Assembly (NCBI RefSeq): GCF_936981045.1
Contig: NZ_OW441264.1
Location: 120,001 to 152,000 of the forward strand
From: Candidatus Saccharimonadota bacterium
Lineage (GTDB): Bacteria; Bacteroidota; Bacteroidia; Cytophagales; Amoebophilaceae
Direction: 5' to 3'
Length of the DNA: 32,000 bases
Shown: positions 17,355 to 26,426 of the stretch, piece by piece
Numbering within the stretch: the first letter of the stretch is position 1
How the letters are laid out: every line of letters begins with the position of its first letter
Program-made: the position numbers and the translations under genes
The notes under the pieces: generated by a model
What the model saw: only the letters and a program-made list of their open reading frames with translations
Told to the model about the DNA's origin: nothing
Database searches by the model: none

Positions 17355-19193
17355 ATGCGCATTTATTCTAGAATTTTAGATTACGTAAGACCTTTAAGGA
17401 AGTGCGCTTTTTATTATTTTTTTGCTATTCTTCTATCCATTTTTTTTGGAGTGGCTACCTATGGCTTGGTGATTCCTTTGCTTAAGGTGCTATTTAATCA
17501 AGAGGAATTAAACCATTTGCTATTGGCAGAACAAGTGAGGCCAAAGTGGCAGCTAGACATTGGTTATCTTACTAGCTTATTTAATTACTTTTTTATAAAA
17601 GTAATTATCCATTACGGTAAAATAAGTGCACTCTGTTTGTTGGCATTTTTATTTATGCTATCTAATACTATTAGTGGATTTTTTAGATATATAGCGGATA
17701 TTACCATGGCTAAAGTCCGCATAAATCTAGTTCATAACTTACGCTTGGCACTCTTTCAAAGAAGCTTAGATCTTCCTGTTCAATATTTTACTGATAAAAA
17801 GAAAGGGGATGTAATGGCACGTATTACTGTTGATGTTCAAGAAATCGAACATGCTGTAGCTGATACGTTACGGCTATTTTTAAAGGAGCCCACTCAACTT
17901 TTTTGTTACATTGTTGTTCTATTCTACATGTCCCCAACGCTTAGTATTTTCACTTTATTATTTTTACCCATTGTGGGGTGGGCCATAGCTGCGATTATAC
18001 AATCCCTCCGTAAATGGACAGATGAAACGCAAAAGTCGTTGGGAAGTTTAATGAACTTGATGGAAGAAACCATAAGTGGCATTCGTATCATCAAAATTTT
18101 TGGTGCGCAAAAATATGCTGTTGATCAGTTTGGTAAAGAAGGCAAGCTCTATGCCCATACCAATATGGTTGTAGCAAAAAAATCGTATATGATTGCGCCT
18201 ATATCTGAATCGTTAAGTGTGGTAGCGGTTTCGATTATGCTTGCCTATGGTGGCCATCTGGTCCTTTTGGATCGTAGCATGCTTACGCCCAGTACTTTTA
18301 TTGCTTACATCGTTATTTGTTCCCAAACCCTTATACCGATCAAAATGATTTCAAGATTTATTGGCCATATTCAGCGGGGGATAGCTGCTGGAAGACGTAT
18401 TTTCGATTTATTAGATGAAAAAGCTGAGTTTAAAAATGTTTCAGGGGAGCGCATATGTACCACATTTAAGCGTGAAATAGTCTTTAAAAATGTTTCTTTT
18501 TCCTATAATAACCGCAAAGAGGTCTTACATCAAGTGAATTTTACAATTCGAAAAGGCGAAACTATAGGATTGGTTGGCGCTTCTGGCTCAGGAAAATCTA
18601 CCCTTTTATCCCTTTTATCGGGCCTTTACCAACCAAATGATGGTGGCATTGAAATAGATGATCTGCCCATTTCCCAGATTAGTGCTGCATCGCTACATCG
18701 TTTAATGGGGGTGGTCACCCAGGAATCTATTTTATTTCACGATACGGTCTTTAATAATATTGTGCTGAATAGGCCAGGATTCAGCCAAGAAGAGGTTATA
18801 AAAGCTGCCCAAATAGCTTGTGCTCATCATTTTATTATGACTTTTCCCCAAGCTTATCATACCGTTATTGGAGAAAATGGCAACAAGCTCTCTGGTGGTC
18901 AAAAGCAACGTATTTGCATTGCTAGAGCGATATTAGGGAATCCACTTGTTTTGGTGTTAGATGAAGCCACCTCAGCTTTAGACACCGCTTCTGAGCGAAG
19001 CGTACAAGAAGGTCTTCAATTACTCATTAAAGGTAAAACTTCTATTGTGGTAGCCCATAGGCTAAGCACCATCTATCATGCCGATAAAATTATTGTATTG
19101 GAGCAAGGAAAAGTAGTAGAACAGGGCACCCATTCAAGTCTACTAGCAAAAGGAGGGGTCTATAAGCAATTATTTTTATTGCAACAAAGTTAG
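17355..19193 (+). CDS. ABC transporter permease/ATP-binding protein (MsbA-like exporter)
   Basis: Six-TM N-terminal half, Walker A GASGSGKST, signature LSGGQKQR, Walker B LVLDEATSALD, 612 aa. Confidence 0.88.
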   Translation: MRIYSRILDYVRPLRKCAFYYFFAILLSIFFGVATYGLVIPLLKVLFNQEELNHLLLAEQVRPKWQLDIGYLTSLFNYFFIKVIIHYGKISALCLLAFLFMLSNTISGFFRYIADITMAKVRINLVHNLRLALFQRSLDLPVQYFTDKKKGDVMARITVDVQEIEHAVADTLRLFLKEPTQLFCYIVVLFYMSPTLSIFTLLFLPIVGWAIAAIIQSLRKWTDETQKSLGSLMNLMEETISGIRIIKIFGAQKYAVDQFGKEGKLYAHTNMVVAKKSYMIAPISESLSVVAVSIMLAYGGHLVLLDRSMLTPSTFIAYIVICSQTLIPIKMISRFIGHIQRGIAAGRRIFDLLDEKAEFKNVSGERICTTFKREIVFKNVSFSYNNRKEVLHQVNFTIRKGETIGLVGASGSGKSTLLSLLSGLYQPNDGGIEIDDLPISQISAASLHRLMGVVTQESILFHDTVFNNIVLNRPGFSQEEVIKAAQIACAHHFIMTFPQAYHTVIGENGNKLSGGQKQRICIARAILGNPLVLVLDEATSALDTASERSVQEGLQLLIKGKTSIVVAHRLSTIYHADKIIVLEQGKVVEQGTHSSLLAKGGVYKQLFLLQQS

Positions 19194-19236
19194 GGGTATC
19201 TGTTTAGGTCAGTGATAAAAAAGGCATTTATATCCT

Positions 19237-19271
19237 GCTTTTTGCTTGATCAAAAAGTAGGCAAAAAAGCT
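19237..19271 (-). repeat. R repeat copy R5, hairpin-2 part (reverse orientation), abutting IS6 copy 5
   Basis: CTGCTTTTTGCTTGATCAAAAAGTAGGCAAAAAAGC matches 28175-28210. Confidence 0.65.
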
Positions 19272-20104
19272 GGTTCTGTCGCGTCTATAGTTTTCTTAGT
19301 ATAGGTTTTTCGTTTAAGTCAAATTTTGGATATTATGCGGCCATTAAGATAGCAAAGTTCTCAAAAGTAGAAAGATGATTTTTAGCTCCTCTTACTTGTC
19401 CTTTTTGAATCATACGAATGTTTTCTATCCCTGAAATAGTAATGGAAGCAGAATAAAAATTCTTAAAACCCAGCATAGGTTTTATCCGTTTTTTGATAAA
19501 CCTATGATCTTGTTCAACTCTATTATTCAAATATTTGTTTTGCAATATTTGAATGGTATGATCTTGATCAAGATCTGTATTGATCGCATCAAGGGCAGCT
19601 TTATTACTGCCGCTTTTGTCAATTACTACTTTCTTAGGAATATTATTTTCTGTGATCGCCTTTCGAAAAAAAGAAAGCGTTGAAGACTTGTCTCTATGAT
19701 CAGATAGAAAAAAGTCAACTGCATCACCATAACGATCTACTGCTCTATATAAATAGATCCACTTCCCGTTTAGTTTAACATAGGTTTCATCCATTCTCCA
19801 ACTACTACCAACTGGTCGTTTTCTTTTTCTTACTGCTTTATCTATCAGAGGAACAAACTTAATAACCCATCTCTGTAGCGTAGAATGATCAACTCTTGCG
19901 CCTCTCATACGCATCATCTCTTCCAAATCTCTATAGCTCAAGGAAAAACGACACTTCATGTATACAAATAACAGGATGACTTCTGATGAAGAACAATAAC
20001 CTTCAAAATATGGTAATAACTCGGGAGAAATATTAAACATAATAACTACTTTTTTAAATACCGATACTAAAATAATCATTTTTTAGAATAAGCGCGACAG
20101 AACC
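19272..20104 (-). mobile_element. IS6-family insertion sequence, copy 5
   Basis: 833 bp with the same terminal repeats and an intact ORF. Its flanks are the two ends of an R repeat. Confidence 0.95.
19333..20079 (-). CDS. IS6-family DDE transposase
   Basis: 248 aa, two residue differences (YFEGY, YGDAVDF) from the other copies. Confidence 0.93.
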   Translation of the reverse strand: MIILVSVFKKVVIMFNISPELLPYFEGYCSSSEVILLFVYMKCRFSLSYRDLEEMMRMRGARVDHSTLQRWVIKFVPLIDKAVRKRKRPVGSSWRMDETYVKLNGKWIYLYRAVDRYGDAVDFFLSDHRDKSSTLSFFRKAITENNIPKKVVIDKSGSNKAALDAINTDLDQDHTIQILQNKYLNNRVEQDHRFIKKRIKPMLGFKNFYSASITISGIENIRMIQKGQVRGAKNHLSTFENFAILMAA

Positions 20105-20149
20105 CTTTTTTGTTTATTTTGTTACATGGCCATACGGCTGAATGGATAC
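20105..20149 (-). repeat. R repeat copy R5, distal part (reverse orientation)
   Basis: CTTTTTTGTTTATTTTGTTACATGGCCATACGGCTGAATGGATAC aligns with 28313-28359 of R4. Confidence 0.6.
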
Positions 20150-20165
20150 AAAGATATAATGCGTG

Positions 20166-20238
20166 TGGTTCCGGAAGGACTCGAACCTTCAACCTACTGC
20201 TTAGAAGGCAGTTGCTCTATCCATTGAGCTACGGAACC
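20166..20238 (-). tRNA. tRNA-Arg (anticodon TCT)
   Basis: The reverse complement folds as a cloverleaf: acceptor GGTTCCG/CGGAACC, D stem GCTC/GAGC, anticodon stem ACTGC/GCAGT with loop CTTCTAA, T arm GAAGG-TTCGAGT-CCTTC. Confidence 0.93.
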
Positions 20239-20321
20239 TAAAATGTATCCGTTTATTTAGTTGGAAAAAATTGTATGCATGCTACTACCTGGCTAGGCTA
20301 CGAAAAAAACGCACACTATAA

Positions 20322-20539
20322 GTATCTATTCAGCTACCTGGTAACGTTACACTCCAAAAACAGAAGAAATGCCCATTATAAAAAGTTGCGACTCATCACC
20401 CTTTCCTGAAAGATGACCAGAAAATCAGTTTGGTTGGGCTTGTAGGGCGGCTTCTGGTTTTCCAGCTTTAGGGGTACACTTTCAGCAACTTTTTACACAG
20501 AGCTTGATTTTTTTGGCTACTTCTTTATCAAGAAAAAAG
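20322..20539 (+). repeat. R repeat, copy R3 (forward on +), between tRNA-Arg and tRNA-Pro
   Basis: GTATCTATTCAGC.., GCCCATTATAAAAAGTTGC .. GCAACTTTTTACACAGAGC, TTGATTTTTTTGGCTACTTCTTTATCAAGAAAAAAGTAGG. Confidence 0.7.
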
Positions 20540-20559
20540 TAGGATATACATTCCTTTCG

Positions 20560-20634
20560 TCGGGGCGGCAGGATTCGAACCTGCGACCTTCTGCTCCCAA
20601 AGCAGACGCGATAACCGAGCTACGCTACGCCCCG
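20560..20634 (-). tRNA. tRNA-Pro (anticodon TGG)
   Basis: Acceptor CGGGGCG/CGCCCCG, anticodon stem TCTGC/GCAGA with loop TTTGGGA, T arm GCAGG-TTCGAAT-CCTGC. Confidence 0.92.
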
Positions 20635-20643
20635 AATGTACAA

Positions 20644-20883
20644 ACGTGAGTTCGGGATTTATTTGACTGATTTACAACAATTTAATATCAATTATTTAGT
20701 TAACATTTGCACCTATTTAACAAGTTTTTATATCTAATTTTATAAATATAATATATATAATAAACTGATTATCAGAATTATTTGTTATTCAACTACCTAT
20801 TTAACTGTCTATAAAACAAATTTTATAAATTTTTATTAATATTGATTATCAAATGAAAAAATAATCTAATCCCGAACTCACGT
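20644..20883 (-). mobile_element. AT-rich ~240-bp MITE, copy E (orientation b), between tRNA-Pro and tRNA-Ser
   Basis: Perfect TIRs ACGTGAGTTCGGGATT / AATCCCGAACTCACGT, flanked by TACAA (20639-20643 and 20884-20888). Confidence 0.92.
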
Positions 20884-20901
20884 TACAAGTAAGATAGTGG
20901 G

Positions 20902-20990
20902 CGGATAAGGGGGGATTCGAACCCCCGGTACAGAACAATCCATACCGCAGTTTAGCAAACTGCTGGTTTAAGCCACTCACCCACCTATCC
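20902..20990 (-). tRNA. tRNA-Ser (anticodon GCT), long variable arm
   Basis: Acceptor GGATAGG/CTTATCC, anticodon stem GCAGT/ACTGC with loop TTGCTAA, variable arm GGTA..TACC, T arm GGGGG-TTCGAAT-CCCCC. Confidence 0.9.
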
Positions 20991-21099
20991 ATATAACCTT
21001 GACAGATATAAGGCATGTAAATTTACTAAAGTTATAACAAAAAAGTGCATATAATTTTCAAAAACTTAGGTTGTATCTAGTATAAATGAGGGTTTATGG

Positions 21100-22404
21100 C
21101 TATTGCAGCCGCTCTACTAGCGTGTGCATGGCTATACTATGGGATGCTTTTAATAAAATGCCACTATCTTGAAAGTTATGGCTACCTAAATAATCAGCTA
21201 ATGCCGCTTTGTCTGGAAAACAATGGATTTTTGGGTTGGGTTGTTTGTGGGCAGCCAGGGTGAAAAAAGGACCACATAGCAGTACGCGATCATAGTAAGG
21301 TTGAAAAAGTTGTTCAACAATTTGATTGTGCCAAGCAGTAGTCTGACTTCCTAAATCAGCCATATCACCTAACATAACGATACGGTAACGCACCTTTAAT
21401 TGCAACAATGTATCCAGTGCTGCTTGAACGGAAGCAGGACTGGCATTATAGCTATCAATAATCAATTGATTGCTCCCTTTAACCACTAATTGCATCCGTT
21501 GATTGGTAGGGATATAGGCTTGAATGGCTTGATGGGCTACTGGGCTCGGTACATTAAAGTATTGGGCAACACAAAGCGCTGCTGCTATATTGTGTATATG
21601 GGGTTTCCCTAATAAATGGGTGGTAAACTCCTTTCGGTCTGAGGATTTGTAATGCAAATAGGGCGCTTCACGCACCAGCTCAATCGGTGCAAAGTCGTGG
21701 GGATAGGTAATGGGTTGCCTGAATCGCTTACTTATGGTAGACAATAAGGGGTCTAAAATATTCAAAAAAATAGTGCCACCAGTAGCATGGAGGTAATCAT
21801 ATAACTCACTTTTACCTCGAATCACACCTGCTATATTCCCAAATCCTTCAAGGTGTGCTGCGCCAATAGCGGTGATGAGACCATGTGTAGGTCGAGCTAT
21901 GTTGCAACATAATGCAATATCACCCAATTGGGTAGCACCCATTTCTACAACTGCTATTTGTGTATCCTGCTTCATAGATAAAAGGGTTAAAGCCACCCCA
22001 ATAGGGGTATTTAAGTTACCTTTGGTGGCTACCGTTCTATAGGTGGTCCGCAAGGTGGTGTAGATAAGCGCTTTGGTGGTGGTTTTACCATAAGAACCGG
22101 TTATGGCTATAACCGGAAAGTGAGGGCCATATTCCGACCGATGGTAGCTGGCTAATTGTATGAGTGTGGCCAGACTATCCTTTACTAAAATATAAGCAGA
22201 TGAGGGTGTGGCATAAGCAGGGTCATCTATAACTACATAACGGGCACCCTTTGCAAGGGCTTCTGCTGCAAAGGCATTGCCATTAAGGCGAGGGCCCCGA
22301 ATAGCAAAAAAAAGTGCACCTGGATCCAAATGACGTGTATCTGTGGTTACAGACTGCGCTGTTAAATATTTCTGGTAAAGTGCTTCTATGGCCACCATAA
22401 GCAA
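21100..22404 (-). CDS. murF: UDP-N-acetylmuramoyl-tripeptide--D-alanyl-D-alanine ligase
   Basis: Mur ligase ATP-binding motif ITGSYGKTTTK, N-terminal TDTRHL..GALFFAI block typical of MurF, 434 aa. Confidence 0.85.
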   Translation of the reverse strand: MLMVAIEALYQKYLTAQSVTTDTRHLDPGALFFAIRGPRLNGNAFAAEALAKGARYVVIDDPAYATPSSAYILVKDSLATLIQLASYHRSEYGPHFPVIAITGSYGKTTTKALIYTTLRTTYRTVATKGNLNTPIGVALTLLSMKQDTQIAVVEMGATQLGDIALCCNIARPTHGLITAIGAAHLEGFGNIAGVIRGKSELYDYLHATGGTIFLNILDPLLSTISKRFRQPITYPHDFAPIELVREAPYLHYKSSDRKEFTTHLLGKPHIHNIAAALCVAQYFNVPSPVAHQAIQAYIPTNQRMQLVVKGSNQLIIDSYNASPASVQAALDTLLQLKVRYRIVMLGDMADLGSQTTAWHNQIVEQLFQPYYDRVLLCGPFFTLAAHKQPNPKIHCFPDKAALADYLGSHNFQDSGILLKASHSIAMHTLVERLQ

Positions 22405-22427
22405 GTAAATAGAATAATGGTAAGCGA

Positions 22428-23954
22428 TTAGTGATAGGCAACCGGTGTAGGTTTAGGATCTGTTTTATTCTTAAAGTGGCGTATGGCAAGCTGCACCGAT
22501 GGCACTACTTTGTCTAATAAAGGGCTATATCCTATTTTCAATGCTGCGGTCAGCCATTGCATGGTAACATGTTCTAATTGTAAGCCTATCCCATACCTAT
22601 CTACCCATGTCTGATTCAATAAGGCATTATGCTCATTGTAAAGGGCTATAAAATGAGCAAATCCAAGGCAAACAAAGCGGATGGGGGCTACCATAATGGG
22701 CATATGCAAGGTGCTGTCTAGATCGACATTGAGCCGTGCGTGGATCGGCGCTTGCATGCTCTTATCGTCATCAGGGGCCTCTAAGGCTTCAGAGTCTCGG
22801 CGTCTGATACCCAACATACGCTCCTTAGGCATGCGGTAACCTATTATATAGTGTATGGCAATAAATTGGCGTGTGCCATTACACGTTTGTATAGATGGAC
22901 CAGCATAGGCCAATGCTAGTTTCAGTATTGCTGCTTCGAATGTTTTTTTATGGATAAAAGACCCTGACTCACAGCTTAAATGCAAATATTTAAGCGTAGA
23001 GTTTGTTATATTTTTAATACAATTGATACCAATATAGTGTCTATTGTTAAGGGCGCCATTTTGGTAGCCATATAGCATTTCTATAGATCCACCCTTGGGT
23101 AATGTTTCCAAAGCATGCAATCTGTACACGCGCTTTATAGTGGCGTAGTCATCTACTACCCATCCTACCTTACCCAATATAAATGCATAATTATTATAGT
23201 AAGTTTTATTTTCCATAGCCTGAACAGGTGCAGCAAACTGTTTCTTGGAGCCGCTTAGTCCAGTAATCCAATAATAAAGAGAGAAGGGAGCCTTTATAGC
23301 AAATAATTTGCCCACCCATAGATTTTGGTAGTTAAATTTATAGCTATTGCCGTAGGCATTGCCTATCTGTTTATAACATTGTCCCCCAAAAAAATAATTT
23401 CCATGTAGCTTAGGCAGTTCATAGGCCAATCCGTAGCCCCATCTTGTTTTAAGAAACAGCTGATGGCTTAAGCCATGTCCATAGCCCCATGCATTATGAT
23501 GCGTGATGGTAAGCAACGGCCCCTCATCTAGACTCATATCGACTGTTATGGGAAATCGATCCTTGGTTTGTACGAGCAGATCAGATAGGATGGTTGCACT
23601 ACCTCCCTCAACCCCTTTGCGTCTAACAGATACAGTCGAAAAGTAGGGTAATGCGATCAATCGTTTCTGGATAAACAAGAGTGCTTTCGCATTAAAAGTT
23701 GCACCAGGTTCCAAGGTGATGTATCTGTAAATGAGTGAGGCATCTGTTGTAGGGGTAAGCCATTTTAACAAACGTAAGTAAGGATATGGCTTTCCAACCA
23801 TTGGCTCCATAGCACCTGTAGATGCTATGGTTATGGTTCTAAGTGTATAAGAAGCAGGGAAATCTGCCTTTACCTTACCTGGTATAAAAAAAGCAAGCAA
23901 TAGTCCGGCTGTTAAGCTTATAGACTGTGTAAGGCCTTTATCTTTTTTCTGCAT
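22428..23954 (-). CDS. Hypothetical outer-membrane protein (POTRA-like segment plus probable beta-barrel)
   Basis: 508-aa ORF with a signal peptide. The segment ITLEPGATFNAKALLFIQKRLIALPYFSTVSV resembles a POTRA repeat. Aromatic-rich C-terminal part. It ends 24 nt before murF. Confidence 0.55.
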   Translation of the reverse strand: MQKKDKGLTQSISLTAGLLLAFFIPGKVKADFPASYTLRTITIASTGAMEPMVGKPYPYLRLLKWLTPTTDASLIYRYITLEPGATFNAKALLFIQKRLIALPYFSTVSVRRKGVEGGSATILSDLLVQTKDRFPITVDMSLDEGPLLTITHHNAWGYGHGLSHQLFLKTRWGYGLAYELPKLHGNYFFGGQCYKQIGNAYGNSYKFNYQNLWVGKLFAIKAPFSLYYWITGLSGSKKQFAAPVQAMENKTYYNNYAFILGKVGWVVDDYATIKRVYRLHALETLPKGGSIEMLYGYQNGALNNRHYIGINCIKNITNSTLKYLHLSCESGSFIHKKTFEAAILKLALAYAGPSIQTCNGTRQFIAIHYIIGYRMPKERMLGIRRRDSEALEAPDDDKSMQAPIHARLNVDLDSTLHMPIMVAPIRFVCLGFAHFIALYNEHNALLNQTWVDRYGIGLQLEHVTMQWLTAALKIGYSPLLDKVVPSVQLAIRHFKNKTDPKPTPVAYH

Positions 23955-24183
23955 GGATGTAACCCATTTAAAACGTTATAGCGCTATATGGATAGTGGTG
24001 GTGCGGCCTGAAATCTAGGATAAGATGTTAACCTATAACACCTTATTACCTAGAAATGATTGCTAAATCATATATAAGATGCAGGATGCTTCTACCTGAT
24101 GGGGCCTGAATGGATCATACATACTATACGACTCGGATGCAGCGTTGTGTTTTACCCCAGTTTCTGGTTTTCAAGTCTTAATA

Positions 24184-24402
24184 TTAATCTTCATCAAAGA
24201 TAAAGTCATCACCTGTTGGGCAGTCAAGCCATATTTCTTCAATAGATGTATATAATAGATCATCATCATCATCCAATTCATCTAGATTTCTAATGACCTC
24301 AAAGGGGGCGCCTGACCGTTTGGCATAGTCTATTAATTCATCCTTGGTAGCTGGCCAAGGTGCGTCTTCTAAATGTGATATTAATTCAAGTGTCCAGTAC
24401 AT
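24184..24402 (-). CDS. Small acidic protein, DUF2795-like
   Basis: 72 aa. WPATKDELIDYAKRSGAPFEVIRNLDEL resembles the DUF2795 core (yPasKdeLi.hAk..GA...vl..l..l). Confidence 0.55.
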   Translation of the reverse strand: MYWTLELISHLEDAPWPATKDELIDYAKRSGAPFEVIRNLDELDDDDDLLYTSIEEIWLDCPTGDDFIFDED

Positions 24403-24591
24403 AATGCAAAAGTGAAAAATAATTTAAATTTAAACTGCGTTTGATAGGCTTTAGACCTTCCTTTTAGGAGGCTAAAATATAGTAAATTTTAAATTTGTAC
24501 AAGAAGTTTCCTAAGTATTTCCTGCTACTACTATTTAATATTTTTTATCCACATCTTAACACTAACGTTCACTGATATTGTACATAATTAT

Positions 24592-25824
24592 ATGCAAATT
24601 TCTTTTTTTCTTGCCAAACGTTACGTTAAAAAACATGGCTACACAACCCTGATTTGTAAATTGTCTAGACTGGCTTGCTATAGTATGGCATTGGGTACAG
24701 CTATTTTAGTATGCATACTATCCACTATGAATGGTATGGAAAAGCTATTATCCGCTTTATTTTATTCCTATACGCCTACATTAAAAATAGAACCTAGAAC
24801 AAGTAAAACATTTGTCTATGATCCCAAATTAAAAAGTAAGCTGATGCATCTTGCTAGTGTAACAAATATTGTGGAAGTATTAGAAGCAACTGCACTGGTA
24901 CGGTTGCAGCGTCAGCAGACCATTGTGACCATTAAAGGCGTTTCAAATAATTTCCCAGAAAGTGACTTTTATAGAAATTGCAGGCGTATGGATGCGGTTA
25001 CTTTTTGGGGGGATGGTAAGCTTCAAGCTGCTGCGGGTATACGGGTTGCCCAATGTTTACAATGGGCACCTGATAACAATAGGGTAGAGGTTTTTTATCC
25101 AAAGCAGGGCAGCCACCATCTACATCAGCCCTATAAGCGTGTAACTTTAGAGGTGAATGGCCTTTTCTCTATAGCGCGGCAAATAGATAGCAAGTATATG
25201 ATTACCTCTATTCACTTTGTGGAAGCGTTGACCGATGGCTTCCATAAACGTACCTATTGGGAGGTTGTAATCAAAGATACAGCGGCGCTAACAAGCACGC
25301 AAGCAAGCATACAAAGATTATTACCAGATGGCTATAAGGTAACCAATCGAGATGAACAAAATGAAACCCGTCGTAGAGCTATTTTTATTGAGCGGCTTTG
25401 CGTCTCTTTTATTTTTGCTTTGGTATTGCTTTTGGCCTCGCTTCATATTTTCTTTATGCTATGCATGTTGATATTACACAAGCAAAAAGATATCATGATC
25501 CTTTCTTCACTTGGGGCTACACCGGGTCAAATAGGTAAGGTTTTTTTCTATAGTGGGCTTTTGGTATCCTTGAAAGGTATTCTATATGGTCTTATAATAG
25601 GGTGGGCTTTGTGCTTGTTGCAGCAAAAATTTGGCATCATTACCTTTACTAAGGCGTGCAATAGGACCCCTTATCCTATAGAGATGCATCGGTTCGATTG
25701 CTTATACACCTCTATTGTAACCACTTTATTTAGTCTTTTAGCTTCCCTTTGGCCGGTGAAGCGAGCTATCCAATTGGCCAGGAAGTCATTGGGTGGCGCC
25801 AACTTAAAGGAAAATGTATTTTAA
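24592..25824 (+). CDS. FtsX/LolC/LolE-family ABC transporter permease
   Basis: 410 aa. N-terminal FFLAKRYV TM, a large periplasmic loop, then three C-terminal TMs (FtsX-like architecture). Confidence 0.75.
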   Translation: MQISFFLAKRYVKKHGYTTLICKLSRLACYSMALGTAILVCILSTMNGMEKLLSALFYSYTPTLKIEPRTSKTFVYDPKLKSKLMHLASVTNIVEVLEATALVRLQRQQTIVTIKGVSNNFPESDFYRNCRRMDAVTFWGDGKLQAAAGIRVAQCLQWAPDNNRVEVFYPKQGSHHLHQPYKRVTLEVNGLFSIARQIDSKYMITSIHFVEALTDGFHKRTYWEVVIKDTAALTSTQASIQRLLPDGYKVTNRDEQNETRRRAIFIERLCVSFIFALVLLLASLHIFFMLCMLILHKQKDIMILSSLGATPGQIGKVFFYSGLLVSLKGILYGLIIGWALCLLQQKFGIITFTKACNRTPYPIEMHRFDCLYTSIVTTLFSLLASLWPVKRAIQLARKSLGGANLKENVF

Positions 25825-25964
25825 TTTGATTGAATATCAAATTAGACCTATTTTGAAGCCTATTTCTAATGACAATTTTGGTGTCGAAGCTTGTTTATGC
25901 TCGTCAAATACACCCTACTACAAGGCATAGCATATTGGAAATAAAATTAATAATTCAGAAATTG

Positions 25965-26153
25965 TGCTGCTTATTGTTCCTATTACGAAAAAGAACGCCC
26001 CTTGTAAAAAGTTGCCATTAGAAAGTGCACCTTACAAATGAAAAGAAAAATTGAAGCCCGCGTAGCGGACGAGTTCTGTTTTTCTCGGTGTGCTTGCAGC
26101 AATTTTTTGCATGAGGGCTTGATTTTTTGGCTACTTTTTGATCCAGCAAAAAG
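25965..26153 (+). repeat. R repeat, copy R2 (forward)
   Basis: TGCTGCTTATTG..CGAAAAAGAACGCCCCTTGTAAAAAGTTGC .. GCAATTTTTTGCATGAGGGCTTGATTTTTTGGCTACTTTTTGATCCAGCAAAAAG, colinear with R1. Confidence 0.75.
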
Positions 26154-26174
26154 CAACATTCATCATCCTTATTA

Positions 26175-26413
26175 ACGTGAGTTCGGTATTTATTTGACTG
26201 ATTTACAATAATTTAATATCAATTATTTAGTTAATATTTGCACCTATTTAACAAGTTTTTATATCTAATTTTATAAATATAATATATATAATAAACTGAT
26301 TATCAGAATTATTTTTTATTCAACAACCTATTTAACTGTCTATAAAACAAATTTTATAAATTTTCATTAATATTGATTATCAAATAAAAAATAATCTAAT
26401 CCCGAACTCACGT
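26175..26413 (-). mobile_element. AT-rich ~240-bp MITE, copy F (orientation b), ending 13 nt before the metG ATG
   Basis: ACGTGAGTTCGGTATT...AATCCCGAACTCACGT, flanked by TATTA (26170-26174 and 26414-26418). Confidence 0.92.
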
Positions 26414-26426
26414 TATTAGTACACAA

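Noticed and set aside
2933-20112. 8-bp target-site duplications around the IS6 copies
   Set aside because: The flanks were compared directly and in inversion-corrected combinations, and no matching octamers were found. No TSD is claimed.
22283-22489. 68-aa minus-strand ORF bridging the murF start and the end of the upstream OMP gene
   Set aside because: It is an out-of-frame overlap with two better-supported CDSs.
24545-24553. Perfect DnaA-box consensus TTATCCACA upstream of the lolE-like gene
   Set aside because: It is a single box with no cluster, no adjacent AT-rich unwinding element pattern and no dnaA or dnaN nearby. One 9-mer match in 64 kb of two-strand sequence is not far from chance expectation.
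25823-25843. Small AT hairpin AATTTGAT-TGAAT-ATCAAATT overlapping the lolE-like stop codon
   Set aside because: It is only an 8-bp all-weak stem without a U-tract. The R2 repeat downstream is a better terminator candidate.
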